DNA of 64,000 nucleotides. Origin: Alphaproteobacteria bacterium. Lineage in GTDB: Bacteria; Pseudomonadota; Alphaproteobacteria; SP197. The notes beneath the pieces are model-generated. The model did no database searches and was not told the origin of the DNA. It saw nothing but the letters and a program-made list of their open reading frames with translations. A program made the position numbers and the translations under genes. The DNA is taken from contig OZ245842.1 of NCBI GenBank assembly GCA_965228895.1, positions 3,604,814 to 3,668,813 of the forward strand, given 5' to 3'. Below are positions 28,573 to 37,260 of this stretch, in pieces (positions within the stretch are counted from its first letter, which is position 1; each line of letters opens with the position of its first letter).

Positions 28573-29378
28573 TACTCCGCGCGGGTCAGCGGCACGAAGC
28601 GCACGGGCAGAAGCTGGCGTGTCCGGATCTCACCCGCCGCCGTCTTCTCGACAACGGTCAGGTACTGCACCGCGAAGGGGTTGCCGACGGGGATCACCAT
28701 GCGCCCACCCGGCTTCAACTGCTCGACCAGGGGCGGCGGCACGTGATCGGCAGCGGCGGTGACGACGATGGCGTCGAAGGGTCCACAGTCGGGCCAGCCA
28801 TGGTAACCATCGGCGACCTTGGACCGCACGTTGTTGAGGCCGAGATCGCCGAACAGCGCTTCAGCGCGTTCGCCCAAGGCCCGGATGATCTCGATGGTGC
28901 AGACCTCACCGACCAGCGGCGCCAGCACCGCCGCCTGATAGCCTGAGCCCGTGCCGATCTCGAGCACCACATCGCCGGGTTCAGTCTCCAGCAGGTGGGT
29001 CATCAGGGCGACGATCAGCGGTTGCGAGATCGTCTGGCCGTAACCAATCCGCACCGGCCTGTCGTCATAGGCGAGATCACGGTTGTCCTCGGGAATGAAC
29101 CGGTGACGTTCAAGGTCGCCCATGACGTCGAGGATCTCCGGCGCAATCGCGCCGTCCTCGATCAAATCGGAGAGATCGCGCGCATGCCACTCGATCACCT
29201 CGATCATCTCGGCCCGCGCCTCGGCGGTGTCGTCATCCGCCTCGGCAAAGACCGCATAGCCGGTGATGGCGCAGGCCAGCACGGCCGCGAAGGCGGCCCG
29301 TCTGCCAATCCTTCCATAACAGTCGTGGTTCAAGGCTGCGTCTTGTCCAAACGTTGGGCTCCTCGCGCACCAGGTCAC
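28572..29378 (-). CDS. pcm: Protein-L-isoaspartate O-methyltransferase with N-terminal hydrophobic signal/anchor
   Basis: GYGQTISQPLIVALMTHLL, VLEIGTGSGYQAAVLA, DGYHGWPDCGPFDAIVVTAAA and LKPGGRMVIPVG. It is preceded by RRAAFAAVLACAITGYAVFAEA. The stop overlaps the downstream start (TAATG). Confidence 0.85.
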   Translation of the reverse strand: MTWCARSPTFGQDAALNHDCYGRIGRRAAFAAVLACAITGYAVFAEADDDTAEARAEMIEVIEWHARDLSDLIEDGAIAPEILDVMGDLERHRFIPEDNRDLAYDDRPVRIGYGQTISQPLIVALMTHLLETEPGDVVLEIGTGSGYQAAVLAPLVGEVCTIEIIRALGERAEALFGDLGLNNVRSKVADGYHGWPDCGPFDAIVVTAAADHVPPPLVEQLKPGGRMVIPVGNPFAVQYLTVVEKTAAGEIRTRQLLPVRFVPLTRAE

Positions 29379-29500
29379 TGACCAAAGCTACCATGGTCAG
29401 CGAAACCGTCGAAAGTCCGGCAATCGGTAAGGCCGGTTATCAAGGGCTCTGTTATGATGATAGGCCTTCCCATCGACCACCTGCTATCGGGAGCACCGCC

Positions 29501-29956
29501 ATGAAACGCCGCGTCACTGTCGGAATCCTCGCCCTCTTTGTCACCCTGCCCGTCGCTCCGGCGCTCGCCGACGATGACGAAGACGCGATCCGCGCCGCCA
29601 GCATCCAGCTCCAGGAGAGTTTCGCCGCCGCGGACGCAGCCTCCGTGGCGTCGTACTACACCATCGATGCGGCGCTGCTTCCCGCTGGCGGGCCGCGTGT
29701 CGAGGGGCGTCAGGCTATTCAGAACTATTGGCAGGCGGCCATGGATGCGGGTATCGCCGACCTGCAGCTCAATACCCTCGAGATCGAGGACGACGATGAT
29801 CTGGCCTACGAGACCGGCACCTATTCGCTCTCCGCGCCCATGGAAGACGGCACGCTGGGGACCGTCACCGGTCACTATCTCGTCGTCTGGGAAGAAGGCG
29901 ACGACGATCTGTGGCGCATGCACCGCGATATCTGGAACGTCGATCCGCCGCAATAG
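29501..29956 (+). CDS. Secreted NTF2-like (SnoaL/DUF4440) protein
   Basis: Signal peptide MKRRVTVGILALFVTLPVAPALA, then the DUF4440 pattern (FAAADAASVASYYT.DA.L.P...R.EGR.AI..YW...G.YL.VW). Confidence 0.7.
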   Translation: MKRRVTVGILALFVTLPVAPALADDDEDAIRAASIQLQESFAAADAASVASYYTIDAALLPAGGPRVEGRQAIQNYWQAAMDAGIADLQLNTLEIEDDDDLAYETGTYSLSAPMEDGTLGTVTGHYLVVWEEGDDDLWRMHRDIWNVDPPQ

Positions 29957-29962
29957 GCCGGC

Positions 29963-31705
29963 TCAACCGTCCCAACCCGCCTTTCGTAGGCCGTCGATGA
30001 AGAAGTCGAAGGCGTCCGGGTCCTTGAACGGATAGGTCGCTTCGAAATAGGCGAGCGGTGGATCTGGCATATGCTGATAGGTCGCCTGAAGTGTCGCGCG
30101 AGCGTCCGCGATATCGCCCTTGTGTGCGAGGGCACAGGCAAGCCGCTGGCCGGCCCGGTAGTTAGCCGGGTTGTCGGCCAGCGCCCTACGGCCATAGTCG
30201 ATGGCCGTGTCATAGTCCTGGTTCAATATGTGAGCGAGCGTCAAGAGTCCCCAGACGAGCGATATGGTCGGTTCATCTCGCGGACTGAGATGAAGTCCCT
30301 TGTGCATCGCCTCGATGCCTTCCTTCGGTCGCCCTGCAAAGAGAAGCGAATTGCCAAGTGCCAGATAGCCGTTCGCGAAAAAGGGATTGATATCGACGGC
30401 CTGCTGCGCTTCTTCGGCTGCGCGCTCCGGTTCGCGGTTGAAGACGTAGAGCGAAGATAGCGAAGCACGGGCGAACGGTTCCTTCGGATCGATGCCAATC
30501 GCACGGTGAGCGGCCGCAATGCCATGCTTGATGGAGCCTGTCGGATCATCACCCCAGCCAAACGCGACATTCATCGCATAGGTCGCCGCAACAAAGGCGC
30601 CGGCTGAACCGAACAGGGGATCGATCTCCAGTGACGCCTCAAAGTATTCACGGGCCCTGGCCATGTCCGTCTGACTTAGACGATGAAAGTGCCAGCAACC
30701 GCGCTGAAAAAGATCCCAGGCGCCCAAGTTGGCCGGCCTTCGTTGAACGGCCTGCTGCGCCTCGGCCCGTTCGATCCCAGGCAGCATGTGCGTGACAATC
30801 TGCTCAACGATATCGTCCTGCAGCTCGAAGATGTCGTCGAGCTCGCGGTCATAGCGTTCCGCCCACACATGCGTGCCGTTATCGGCGTCGATCAACTGAC
30901 CGGTGACGCGGACACGATTGCCGGCCTTACGGACACTGCCTTTCAGGACGTATCGCGCGCCCAGTTCCAGGCCGATGTGCTTCACATCGATGTCCTTGCC
31001 CTTGAACGCAAAGCTCGAGTTACGGGCGATAACGGGAAATTGGCGCCACAATGAGAGCGCCGTCATGATGTCTTCTGTGATGCCGTCGGCGAAGTACTCC
31101 TGCTCGGTGTCACCGCTCATGTTGGTGAACGGCAAGACGGCGATGGCCGGCTTGTCGAAAAACGCGTGATCTGCAGACGTTTCATCTCGCTCGACCACCT
31201 TCTCCGATGGCCGCACCATGAAGACTCGGATTGGCTTTGCGATGTTCTTGACCGTGTGCTCGCCGGTATCCTCGAAGGCCGCTTCGACCTTGCCCGCGAT
31301 CTGGTCGTAGGCGACCTGGCTTAGCGCGATGCCGCCGGGCTCGGCCAACCCTTCAAGCCGCGCGGCGATGTTGACGCCGTCACCATAAATATCGCCATCG
31401 TCAACAACGATGTCGCCGGAATTGATGCCAATCCGAAATCTCATCGACGCACCATCGGAGTCGTCGTCCATGTGCGATTGCCAGGCTATGGCACACGCCA
31501 CCGCATCGACGACACTTTGGAATTCCACCAACAGGCCGTCGCCCATGAGTTTCACGATCCGGCCGCGATGGGATGCGATCAAGGGTTCGATGGTGTCGGC
31601 GCGAAGCGCCTTAAGAGCGGCAATCGTACCGGCCTCGTCTTCACCCATGAGGCGGCTATAGCCGACCACATCGGCAGCCAAGATGGCAGCCAGCTTGCGT
31701 TCCAC
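29963..31705 (-). CDS. Class III adenylate/guanylate cyclase with C-terminal TPR region (intact paralog of the 7212-8987 pseudogene)
   Basis: LAAILAADVVGYSRLM, KLMGDGLLVEF, RFRIGINSGDIVV and GDGVNIAARLEGLAEPGGI. The central region and TPR-like tail end in FIDGLRKAGW. Confidence 0.9.
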   Translation of the reverse strand: MERKLAAILAADVVGYSRLMGEDEAGTIAALKALRADTIEPLIASHRGRIVKLMGDGLLVEFQSVVDAVACAIAWQSHMDDDSDGASMRFRIGINSGDIVVDDGDIYGDGVNIAARLEGLAEPGGIALSQVAYDQIAGKVEAAFEDTGEHTVKNIAKPIRVFMVRPSEKVVERDETSADHAFFDKPAIAVLPFTNMSGDTEQEYFADGITEDIMTALSLWRQFPVIARNSSFAFKGKDIDVKHIGLELGARYVLKGSVRKAGNRVRVTGQLIDADNGTHVWAERYDRELDDIFELQDDIVEQIVTHMLPGIERAEAQQAVQRRPANLGAWDLFQRGCWHFHRLSQTDMARAREYFEASLEIDPLFGSAGAFVAATYAMNVAFGWGDDPTGSIKHGIAAAHRAIGIDPKEPFARASLSSLYVFNREPERAAEEAQQAVDINPFFANGYLALGNSLLFAGRPKEGIEAMHKGLHLSPRDEPTISLVWGLLTLAHILNQDYDTAIDYGRRALADNPANYRAGQRLACALAHKGDIADARATLQATYQHMPDPPLAYFEATYPFKDPDAFDFFIDGLRKAGWDG

Positions 31706-31836
31706 GCTGACCCTCCTCTAACCGGAGACTAGAGTAGTTTTTGGCTACGTGGAATTGGGACGGGGATCATCACCACGAGCGATGCCAATTCGCGCGCGAA
31801 TGGCGTAACGTCGATTCGCAGCAAGGATCGGCGGCC

Positions 31837-33393
31837 ATGGCGAAACCAAAAGACGATCTGAAGGCACGACGGCGGCAACGGCGCGAACGCCGTGAGGCCG
31901 GCGCCGACGCGGTCACGGCGATACCGCAATTGCCGTGGACGCAGCCACGCCGCCCCTTTCCGCCGGTCGATCTCATCTCCGCCGACCAGATCGAGGCGAT
32001 CCATCAGGCCTCGCTGAAGGTGCTCGAAGAAATCGGCATGCAGATCCTGCTGCCTGAAGCGCGCGAGATGCTGCGTAAGACAGGCGCGCTGGTCGACGGC
32101 GAGATGGTCAGGATCGGCCGCGATATGGTCGAGTCCTCGATCGGGTCCGCGCCTGAAGAGTTCACCTGGCACGCGCGCAATCCCGAGCATTCGCTTCGCA
32201 TCGGCGGGCCGTGGATCATGTTCACGCCGGTCGGCGGGCCGCCCAACTGTTCGGACCTGGATAACGGCCGCCGGCCCGGCACGCTGGCCGATGGCGAGAA
32301 TTTTCTGAAGCTCTGCCAGTTCTTCAACATCATCCACATGGCGGGCCAAGGCGTCGACGCGATCGACGTGCATGCCTCGATCCGGCATCTGAAAATCGGC
32401 CACGCCCGCGCAACCCTGACCGACAAGGTCGGGTTTGCGTCGGCGACCGGACGTGACCGGCTTTATGACGGCATCCATATGGCGCGCATCGCACGCGGCG
32501 TCAGCGAGGATCAGTTGCTCGATGAACCGTCGGTCATGACGGTCGTCAACACCAACTCGCCGCTCAAGCTCGACGGGCCGATGACCATGGGCATCATCGA
32601 GATGGCGCGTATGGGTCAGGTCTGCTGCGTCACACCGTTCACGCTCGCCGGCGCCATGGCGCCCGTCACCATGGCGGGTGCCTTGGTGGAACAGAACGCC
32701 GAAGCGCTCGCCGGTCTAACCATTCATCAGCTCGCGCGCCCCGGCGCGCCGTTCATCTATGGCGGATTCACATCGAACGTCGACATGAAGTCGGGCGCAC
32801 CGGCCTTCGGTACGCCCGAATACATGAAGGCATGCCTGGTCGGCGGCCAGCTCGCCAGGCGCTACCGCCTGCCCTACCGCACGTCGAACACCAACGCCGC
32901 CAATGCGGTCGACGCCCAGGCAGCTTATGAAAGCGTGTTCTCGCTATGGGGCGCCATCATGGGCGGCGGCAACCTGATCGCCCATGGCGCCGGCTGGATG
33001 GAAGGCGGCCTGGTCGCGAGCTACGAAAAGTTCATCGTCGATATCGAACTGCTGCAGACCGTCTCTGAGTTCTTGAACCCGCTCGATACGTCCGACGCCG
33101 CGCTCGGCCTCGACGCCATGCGCGAGGTCGGCCCCGGCGGTCATTTCTTCGGCGCCCAGCACACGCTGGAACGCTACACCAGCGCCTTCTACGCGCCGCT
33201 GATCTCCGACTGGCGCAACTTCGAGCAGTGGCAAGCCGCGGGCTCGCCAACCGCCGAGATAAAAGCCAACAAGCTCTGGAAACAGGTGCTCGCCGAATAC
33301 GAGGAACCCGCCATGGATCCGGCGATCCGCGACGCGTTCGATACCTTCATCGCGCAGCGCATCGAACAAGGCGGCCAGCCGACGGATTTCTAG
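31837..33393 (+). CDS. Trimethylamine-methyltransferase (MttB)-family protein, non-pyrrolysine type
   Basis: ISADQIEAIHQASLKVLEEIGMQI..PEAREMLRKTGA.VDG..VRI is the MttB N-terminal signature. Full-length TIM-barrel-sized ORF with no internal TAG. Start at ATG 31837 (MAKPKDD). Confidence 0.85.
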   Translation: MAKPKDDLKARRRQRRERREAGADAVTAIPQLPWTQPRRPFPPVDLISADQIEAIHQASLKVLEEIGMQILLPEAREMLRKTGALVDGEMVRIGRDMVESSIGSAPEEFTWHARNPEHSLRIGGPWIMFTPVGGPPNCSDLDNGRRPGTLADGENFLKLCQFFNIIHMAGQGVDAIDVHASIRHLKIGHARATLTDKVGFASATGRDRLYDGIHMARIARGVSEDQLLDEPSVMTVVNTNSPLKLDGPMTMGIIEMARMGQVCCVTPFTLAGAMAPVTMAGALVEQNAEALAGLTIHQLARPGAPFIYGGFTSNVDMKSGAPAFGTPEYMKACLVGGQLARRYRLPYRTSNTNAANAVDAQAAYESVFSLWGAIMGGGNLIAHGAGWMEGGLVASYEKFIVDIELLQTVSEFLNPLDTSDAALGLDAMREVGPGGHFFGAQHTLERYTSAFYAPLISDWRNFEQWQAAGSPTAEIKANKLWKQVLAEYEEPAMDPAIRDAFDTFIAQRIEQGGQPTDF

Positions 33394-33398
33394 ACGTC

Positions 33399-34136
33399 CT
33401 AAGCCGCATAATCCGGCTGTTCGCGGTCGAGGATGCGTTTGAGCGCGGCGAAGTGCGTGTGCGCGCCTTCGCGTCCACCGCTCTGCCGGTTCATCTGGCT
33501 CGCGGTCAGCGCGGCGACGTCCTGGGGTACGCGTTTGAGCGGCTGACCGGTCGAGAGCGCCAGAACGAGAGTCCGGCAGGTCTGCTCGAGGTAATAGAGA
33601 TCGTCATAGGCTTCTGCGACCGTGCGCCCGGCGATCATGACGCCGTGGTTGGCCATCAGCAGGATATCGGCGTCGCCCATGACACGGGCCAGCCGGTCGC
33701 CTTCGTCGGTATCGAAGGCGAGGCCCGTGTAGTCGTCGTCATAGGCAATGCGGCCGTAGAAGCCGAGCTCGTTCTGGCTGGCCATGGGAAACCGGAAATC
33801 CTCCAGCATGGTCAGCGCCGTTGCCCACGGCATGTGGGTGTGCAGCAGGCAGCGGGCGTCCGGCCGCGCGCGATGGATCGGCGCGTGAATGTAGAACGCC
33901 GTCGCCTCCGCGATACCGTCGCCGGCGATGACGTTGCGGTCGAAATCGACCTCGATCAGGTTGGACGCGGTGACTTCCGACCAGTGCAGGCCATAGGGGA
34001 TCAACAGAAACCGGTCATCGCTCTCCGGCGCCATCATGGTGAAGTGGTTGCAGATGCCTTCGTTGAAACCCTGCTTGGCGGCCAGCCGATAGGCAGCGGC
34101 AAGATCGATGCGCGTTTGGTTGAGATTGTCGGCCAT
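33399..34136 (-). CDS. Class II aldolase/adducin-family protein
   Basis: HFT...YIHAPIHRARPDARCLLHTHMPWATAL...MANHGVMIAG.TVAEAYDDLYYLE is the aldolase_II metal-binding pattern. Confidence 0.85.
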   Translation of the reverse strand: MADNLNQTRIDLAAAYRLAAKQGFNEGICNHFTMMAPESDDRFLLIPYGLHWSEVTASNLIEVDFDRNVIAGDGIAEATAFYIHAPIHRARPDARCLLHTHMPWATALTMLEDFRFPMASQNELGFYGRIAYDDDYTGLAFDTDEGDRLARVMGDADILLMANHGVMIAGRTVAEAYDDLYYLEQTCRTLVLALSTGQPLKRVPQDVAALTASQMNRQSGGREGAHTHFAALKRILDREQPDYAA

Positions 34137-34279
34137 GGTTGGGGCTCCACGGTTAGGCTTGTTGTCGGCGCCGCGACTTTAGGCGATGCGGCAGGCCACC
34201 ACCAGCCAAGGCGGTGCCGGCACGCTTCACCGCCATCTAACGCAATGCCGCGACCACGGACAGCCCGGCGCAAGCCCCG

Positions 34280-35068
34280 TCATCGCTTGCCGACCAGGAT
34301 GTACCTGACCGGCATGTTGGTCGCGCGCTGATGATAGATGTCGAACTCAACAGCGCTGATGTTGTTGGGGTGTTCGCGGAACGTCTCGATCGTGAAACCC
34401 GCGCCCAGCATCGCCGTCATGATGTCGCTCAAGGTTTGGAAGAACCAAGAGTGGGTCGCGCCCTCGCCGGTGCCGGTACCGTCATAAACAATCGCGCCTT
34501 CTTCTTCCAAAGGCGCCGACCGGATGGAGTCGTTGGTCGGCTCGAATGGTTTGTCGCTCTCCGGCTCGAACATGTTCATGATCGGGTGTTCTTCATGAAT
34601 GACGAGCCGCCCACCGGACCGCAGCAAGCGGGCCGGCAAGTCGAAGAACGCGGCGAGGTCCGGCATCCAGCCGAACACACCGATGGTGATGAGCGCAATA
34701 TCGAAGGACTGGTCCCAGTCGCTTTCGATGGCATAAACGTCGCTCGCAGCCCTGCTCCAGAAACGGCTCGGACTGGTCGAAGCCGACGCAGCGCGCCGCG
34801 CCCATGTTCTTGACCGACAGCAACTCGCGTCCGTTGTCGCAGCAGATCTGCACGACGTCACGGCCGGCGACGCCGATGTCTTGAAGCACGGTCGTCTCGA
34901 CGTCGCCCAGGCGCGAAAAACCGGGCTGGGCAAAACCCTCCCGCAGTTTCTTGGCTTCGTCGTTGTCGCGGTGAAATTGCGCACAGTGATCCCAGGCCAC
35001 CCGGCTGGCCGGCGGCGATCCTGGGCGTCGGCATCCTGCTGGCTGGCGTATTGCGCGCCCACGGTCAC
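34280..35068 (-). pseudogene. Class I SAM-dependent methyltransferase, apparently frameshifted
   Basis: The N-terminal part VAWDHCAQFHRDNDEAKK...VVQICCDNGRELLSVKNMGAARCVGFDQSEPFLEQ lies in the frame of track ORF 34593-35207. The C-terminal part ASDVYAIESDWDQSFDIALITIGVFGWMPDL...GGRLVIHEEHP lies in the frame of 34280-35125. The join is at the CCC run at 34750-34752. A second shift near 35000-35011 is needed to reach a GTG at 35068. Confidence 0.5.
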
Positions 35069-35178
35069 AGCTTGATCGCCGCCATCGCCAAAGCCTACTG
35101 ATGGCCGGCAAGAGCGGCGTTCCATAACCGTGCTGCCGCCTCCGGTTTGCGCTAAGATGGCGGCCGGAGGATAGGGCG

Positions 35179-36465
35179 ATGGCAGCGCTGTGCCGGGATT
35201 GCGGCAAGACGGACGAGGCGGATTTCCGGACCTGCCCGGCCTGCGGTTCCGAGCGCGCCGTCAGGCACCCGGAGCTGCTGACATTGCCGATCGCCCACCT
35301 GGATTGCGACGCCTTCTATGCCGCCATCGAAAAACGTGACAACCCGTCGCTGATCGACAAGCCCGTCGTTGTCGGCGGGCGCCAAAGGGGCGTCGTGGCG
35401 GCCGCTTGCTATAACGCGCGCACCTATGGCATCCGTTCGGCCATGCCGATGTTCAAGGCGCTCCGGGCCTGCCCCCACGCCGTCGTCATTCGCCCGGATA
35501 TGAAGAAATACGCCGCGGTCGGCCGCCAAGTGCGCGAGATGATGGAGGCGCTGACGCCGCTGGTCGAACCGCTCTCGATCGACGAGGCATTCATGGATCT
35601 AAGCGGCACCACCGCGCTTCATCGCGGCGCGCCCGCCAAGACCCTGGCGCGGCTGGTGCGGCGCATCGAGAACGAGATCAAGATCACCGTCTCGATCGGA
35701 CTCAGCTACAACAAGTATCTGGCGAAGATCGCCTCGGACCTCGATAAACCACGCGGCTTTGCCGTCATCGGCCAGGCGGAGGCCAGAGGTTTCCTGGCCG
35801 ACAAGCCGGTCAGCATGTTGTGGGGCGTCGGTAAGGCGATGCAGAAGACCCTGGCGCGCGACGGCATCACCTTGATTGGCGAGATCGCGCGGCTCGACGA
35901 AGACGAGATGGTGCGCCGCTACGGCGAAATCGGCCACCGTCTGTCGCAATGCGCGCGTGGCGAGGACGCCCGGCCGGTCGATCCGCGCGGCGAGGCCAAG
36001 AGCGTGTCGTCGGAAACCACGTTTGACAGCGACATCGCCGATGTCGCCCGCCTGAAGCCGATCCTCTGGCGCCTGGCCGAGACCGTCTCCCGCCGGATGA
36101 AACGTTCGGGTATTGCCGGCGGCGGCGTGACGCTGAAACTGAAGACCGCCGATTTCCGCATCATCACGCGCAGCCGCCAGCTCGCCGGCCCGACCCAGCT
36201 CGCCGCACGTTTCTATGAGGCCGCCGAGCCGTTGCTGGAGCGCGAGGCCGACGGGCGCCCGTTCCGCCTGATCGGCATCGGCGCCCATGACCTCGGACCG
36301 GTCGACGCGCCGGGTCAGATCGACATGTTCGGCGGCGGCAAGGCTCAGGACGACAAGGTCGAGGCCGCGCTGGACGCCGTGCGCGAACGGTTCGGTGACG
36401 AGGCCGTCGTCAAAGGGCGCGGCTTCGGCACCAAGCTGGTGCGTCAGGGGCCATCGAAAACCTGA
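35179..36465 (+). CDS. dinB: DNA polymerase IV (Y-family) with N-terminal Cys4 zinc-ribbon-like extension
   Basis: IAHLDCDAFYAAIEKRDNP, PVVVGG, SIDEAFMDL and GIGLSYNKYLAKIASDLDKP. The N-terminus is CRDCG-x12-CPACG. Confidence 0.9.
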   Translation: MAALCRDCGKTDEADFRTCPACGSERAVRHPELLTLPIAHLDCDAFYAAIEKRDNPSLIDKPVVVGGRQRGVVAAACYNARTYGIRSAMPMFKALRACPHAVVIRPDMKKYAAVGRQVREMMEALTPLVEPLSIDEAFMDLSGTTALHRGAPAKTLARLVRRIENEIKITVSIGLSYNKYLAKIASDLDKPRGFAVIGQAEARGFLADKPVSMLWGVGKAMQKTLARDGITLIGEIARLDEDEMVRRYGEIGHRLSQCARGEDARPVDPRGEAKSVSSETTFDSDIADVARLKPILWRLAETVSRRMKRSGIAGGGVTLKLKTADFRIITRSRQLAGPTQLAARFYEAAEPLLEREADGRPFRLIGIGAHDLGPVDAPGQIDMFGGGKAQDDKVEAALDAVRERFGDEAVVKGRGFGTKLVRQGPSKT

Positions 36466-36471
36466 CCCGCG

Positions 36472-36612
36472 CTAGAGAAGATCCTGTTTTTTGGCATCGC
36501 TTCGCGATGGCATGAAGGCAGGTGAATCTGCTCCAATCATAGATGGAGAGCGGATTCACATGGTTAGGTGGAACCGTCAAGCGGTTCAACCTAACCATGA
36601 TCCGCTCTAGAG
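36472..36612. mobile_element. MITE-like nested-palindrome repeat, family 1, copy 1 (141 bp, CTAG at both ends)
   Basis: Near-identical to 46712-46850. Terminal inverted repeat CTAGAG(A/C)AGATCC...GGATC..GCTCTAG. Internal pairs GGTGAATCTGCTC/GAGCGGATTCAC and CATGGTTAGGTGGAACCG/CGGTTCAACCTAACCATG. It fills the DinB/PNPOx convergent gap. Confidence 0.7.
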
Positions 36613-37062
36613 CTTGACCAGCTCTTTGTGGCCAAAACCCTTCTTGTAGTCGATCAGCGAGATAACCACCGGTTCGATGCGATAAAAGGCCAGACTGATG
36701 GCCGCATCATCGTCGGCGGGCTCGTACTGTGCTGCCTGCGGGAACTTCGTCAAGAGCAGCGTGCCTATCTTCTCTTGTTCGGCCGGATCGGTGACGGCGA
36801 TCGCCAGGGCGCCCATCGACAGGCTCTCGATGTCGTCCCAGCTCTCGTAGTCGCGGTCTATCGCCAGCGACACCTTGTTGTTTCGTATGATGTTCCGGGC
36901 CTTCTGCGCGTCCGATGGCGTCATGAAATAGATGGTCATGCCGTCATTGACGTAGCTGACCGTGGTCGCCTGTGGAAATCCATCCTCTCGGACGGTAGCG
37001 ATTGTCATATCGTTGACATCGTCGATGATCGACACGATTTGCTCGCGCAGTTTCTGGTTCAA
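36607..37062 (-). CDS. Pyridoxamine 5'-phosphate oxidase-family (FMN-binding split barrel) protein
   Basis: MTIATVREDGFPQATTVSYVNDGMTIYFMT...NNKVSLAIDRDY. I prefer the TTG start at 37062 (GGGAGAGAG SD) because the longer track ORF (to 37161) would run into the fasciclin-gene terminator. The TAG stop lies inside the repeat end. Confidence 0.7.
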   Translation of the reverse strand: MNQKLREQIVSIIDDVNDMTIATVREDGFPQATTVSYVNDGMTIYFMTPSDAQKARNIIRNNKVSLAIDRDYESWDDIESLSMGALAIAVTDPAEQEKIGTLLLTKFPQAAQYEPADDDAAISLAFYRIEPVVISLIDYKKGFGHKELVKL

Positions 37063-37153
37063 GGCTCTCTCCCGGCGCAATGGTTCAGCCCATTGAACCG
37101 GCGCGCGCACAATTGAGCCTTGATGCAGGTCAACAAACGATCCGCGGTACGTC

Positions 37154-37191
37154 ACAAACAAAGAGGGCGTCCCGGTAACCGGGACGCCCTC
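37154..37191 (-). terminator. Rho-independent terminator downstream of the fasciclin gene
   Basis: 13-bp perfect stem GAGGGCGTCCCGG-TTA-CCGGGACGCCCTC, followed on the minus strand by TTTGTTTGT. Confidence 0.6.
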
Positions 37192-37260
37192 CTAGCCTGG
37201 CTTGGTTCGGTTGACGCGGGGAAGGATACGAAAACCGGAACTGTTGCCGAAGGCTTGCGC

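Noticed and set aside
31837-33393. Pyrrolysine (in-frame TAG) recoding in the MttB-family gene.
   Set aside because: The ORF is uninterrupted, with no internal TAG at or near the expected position. No pyl genes are present. This is the non-Pyl type.
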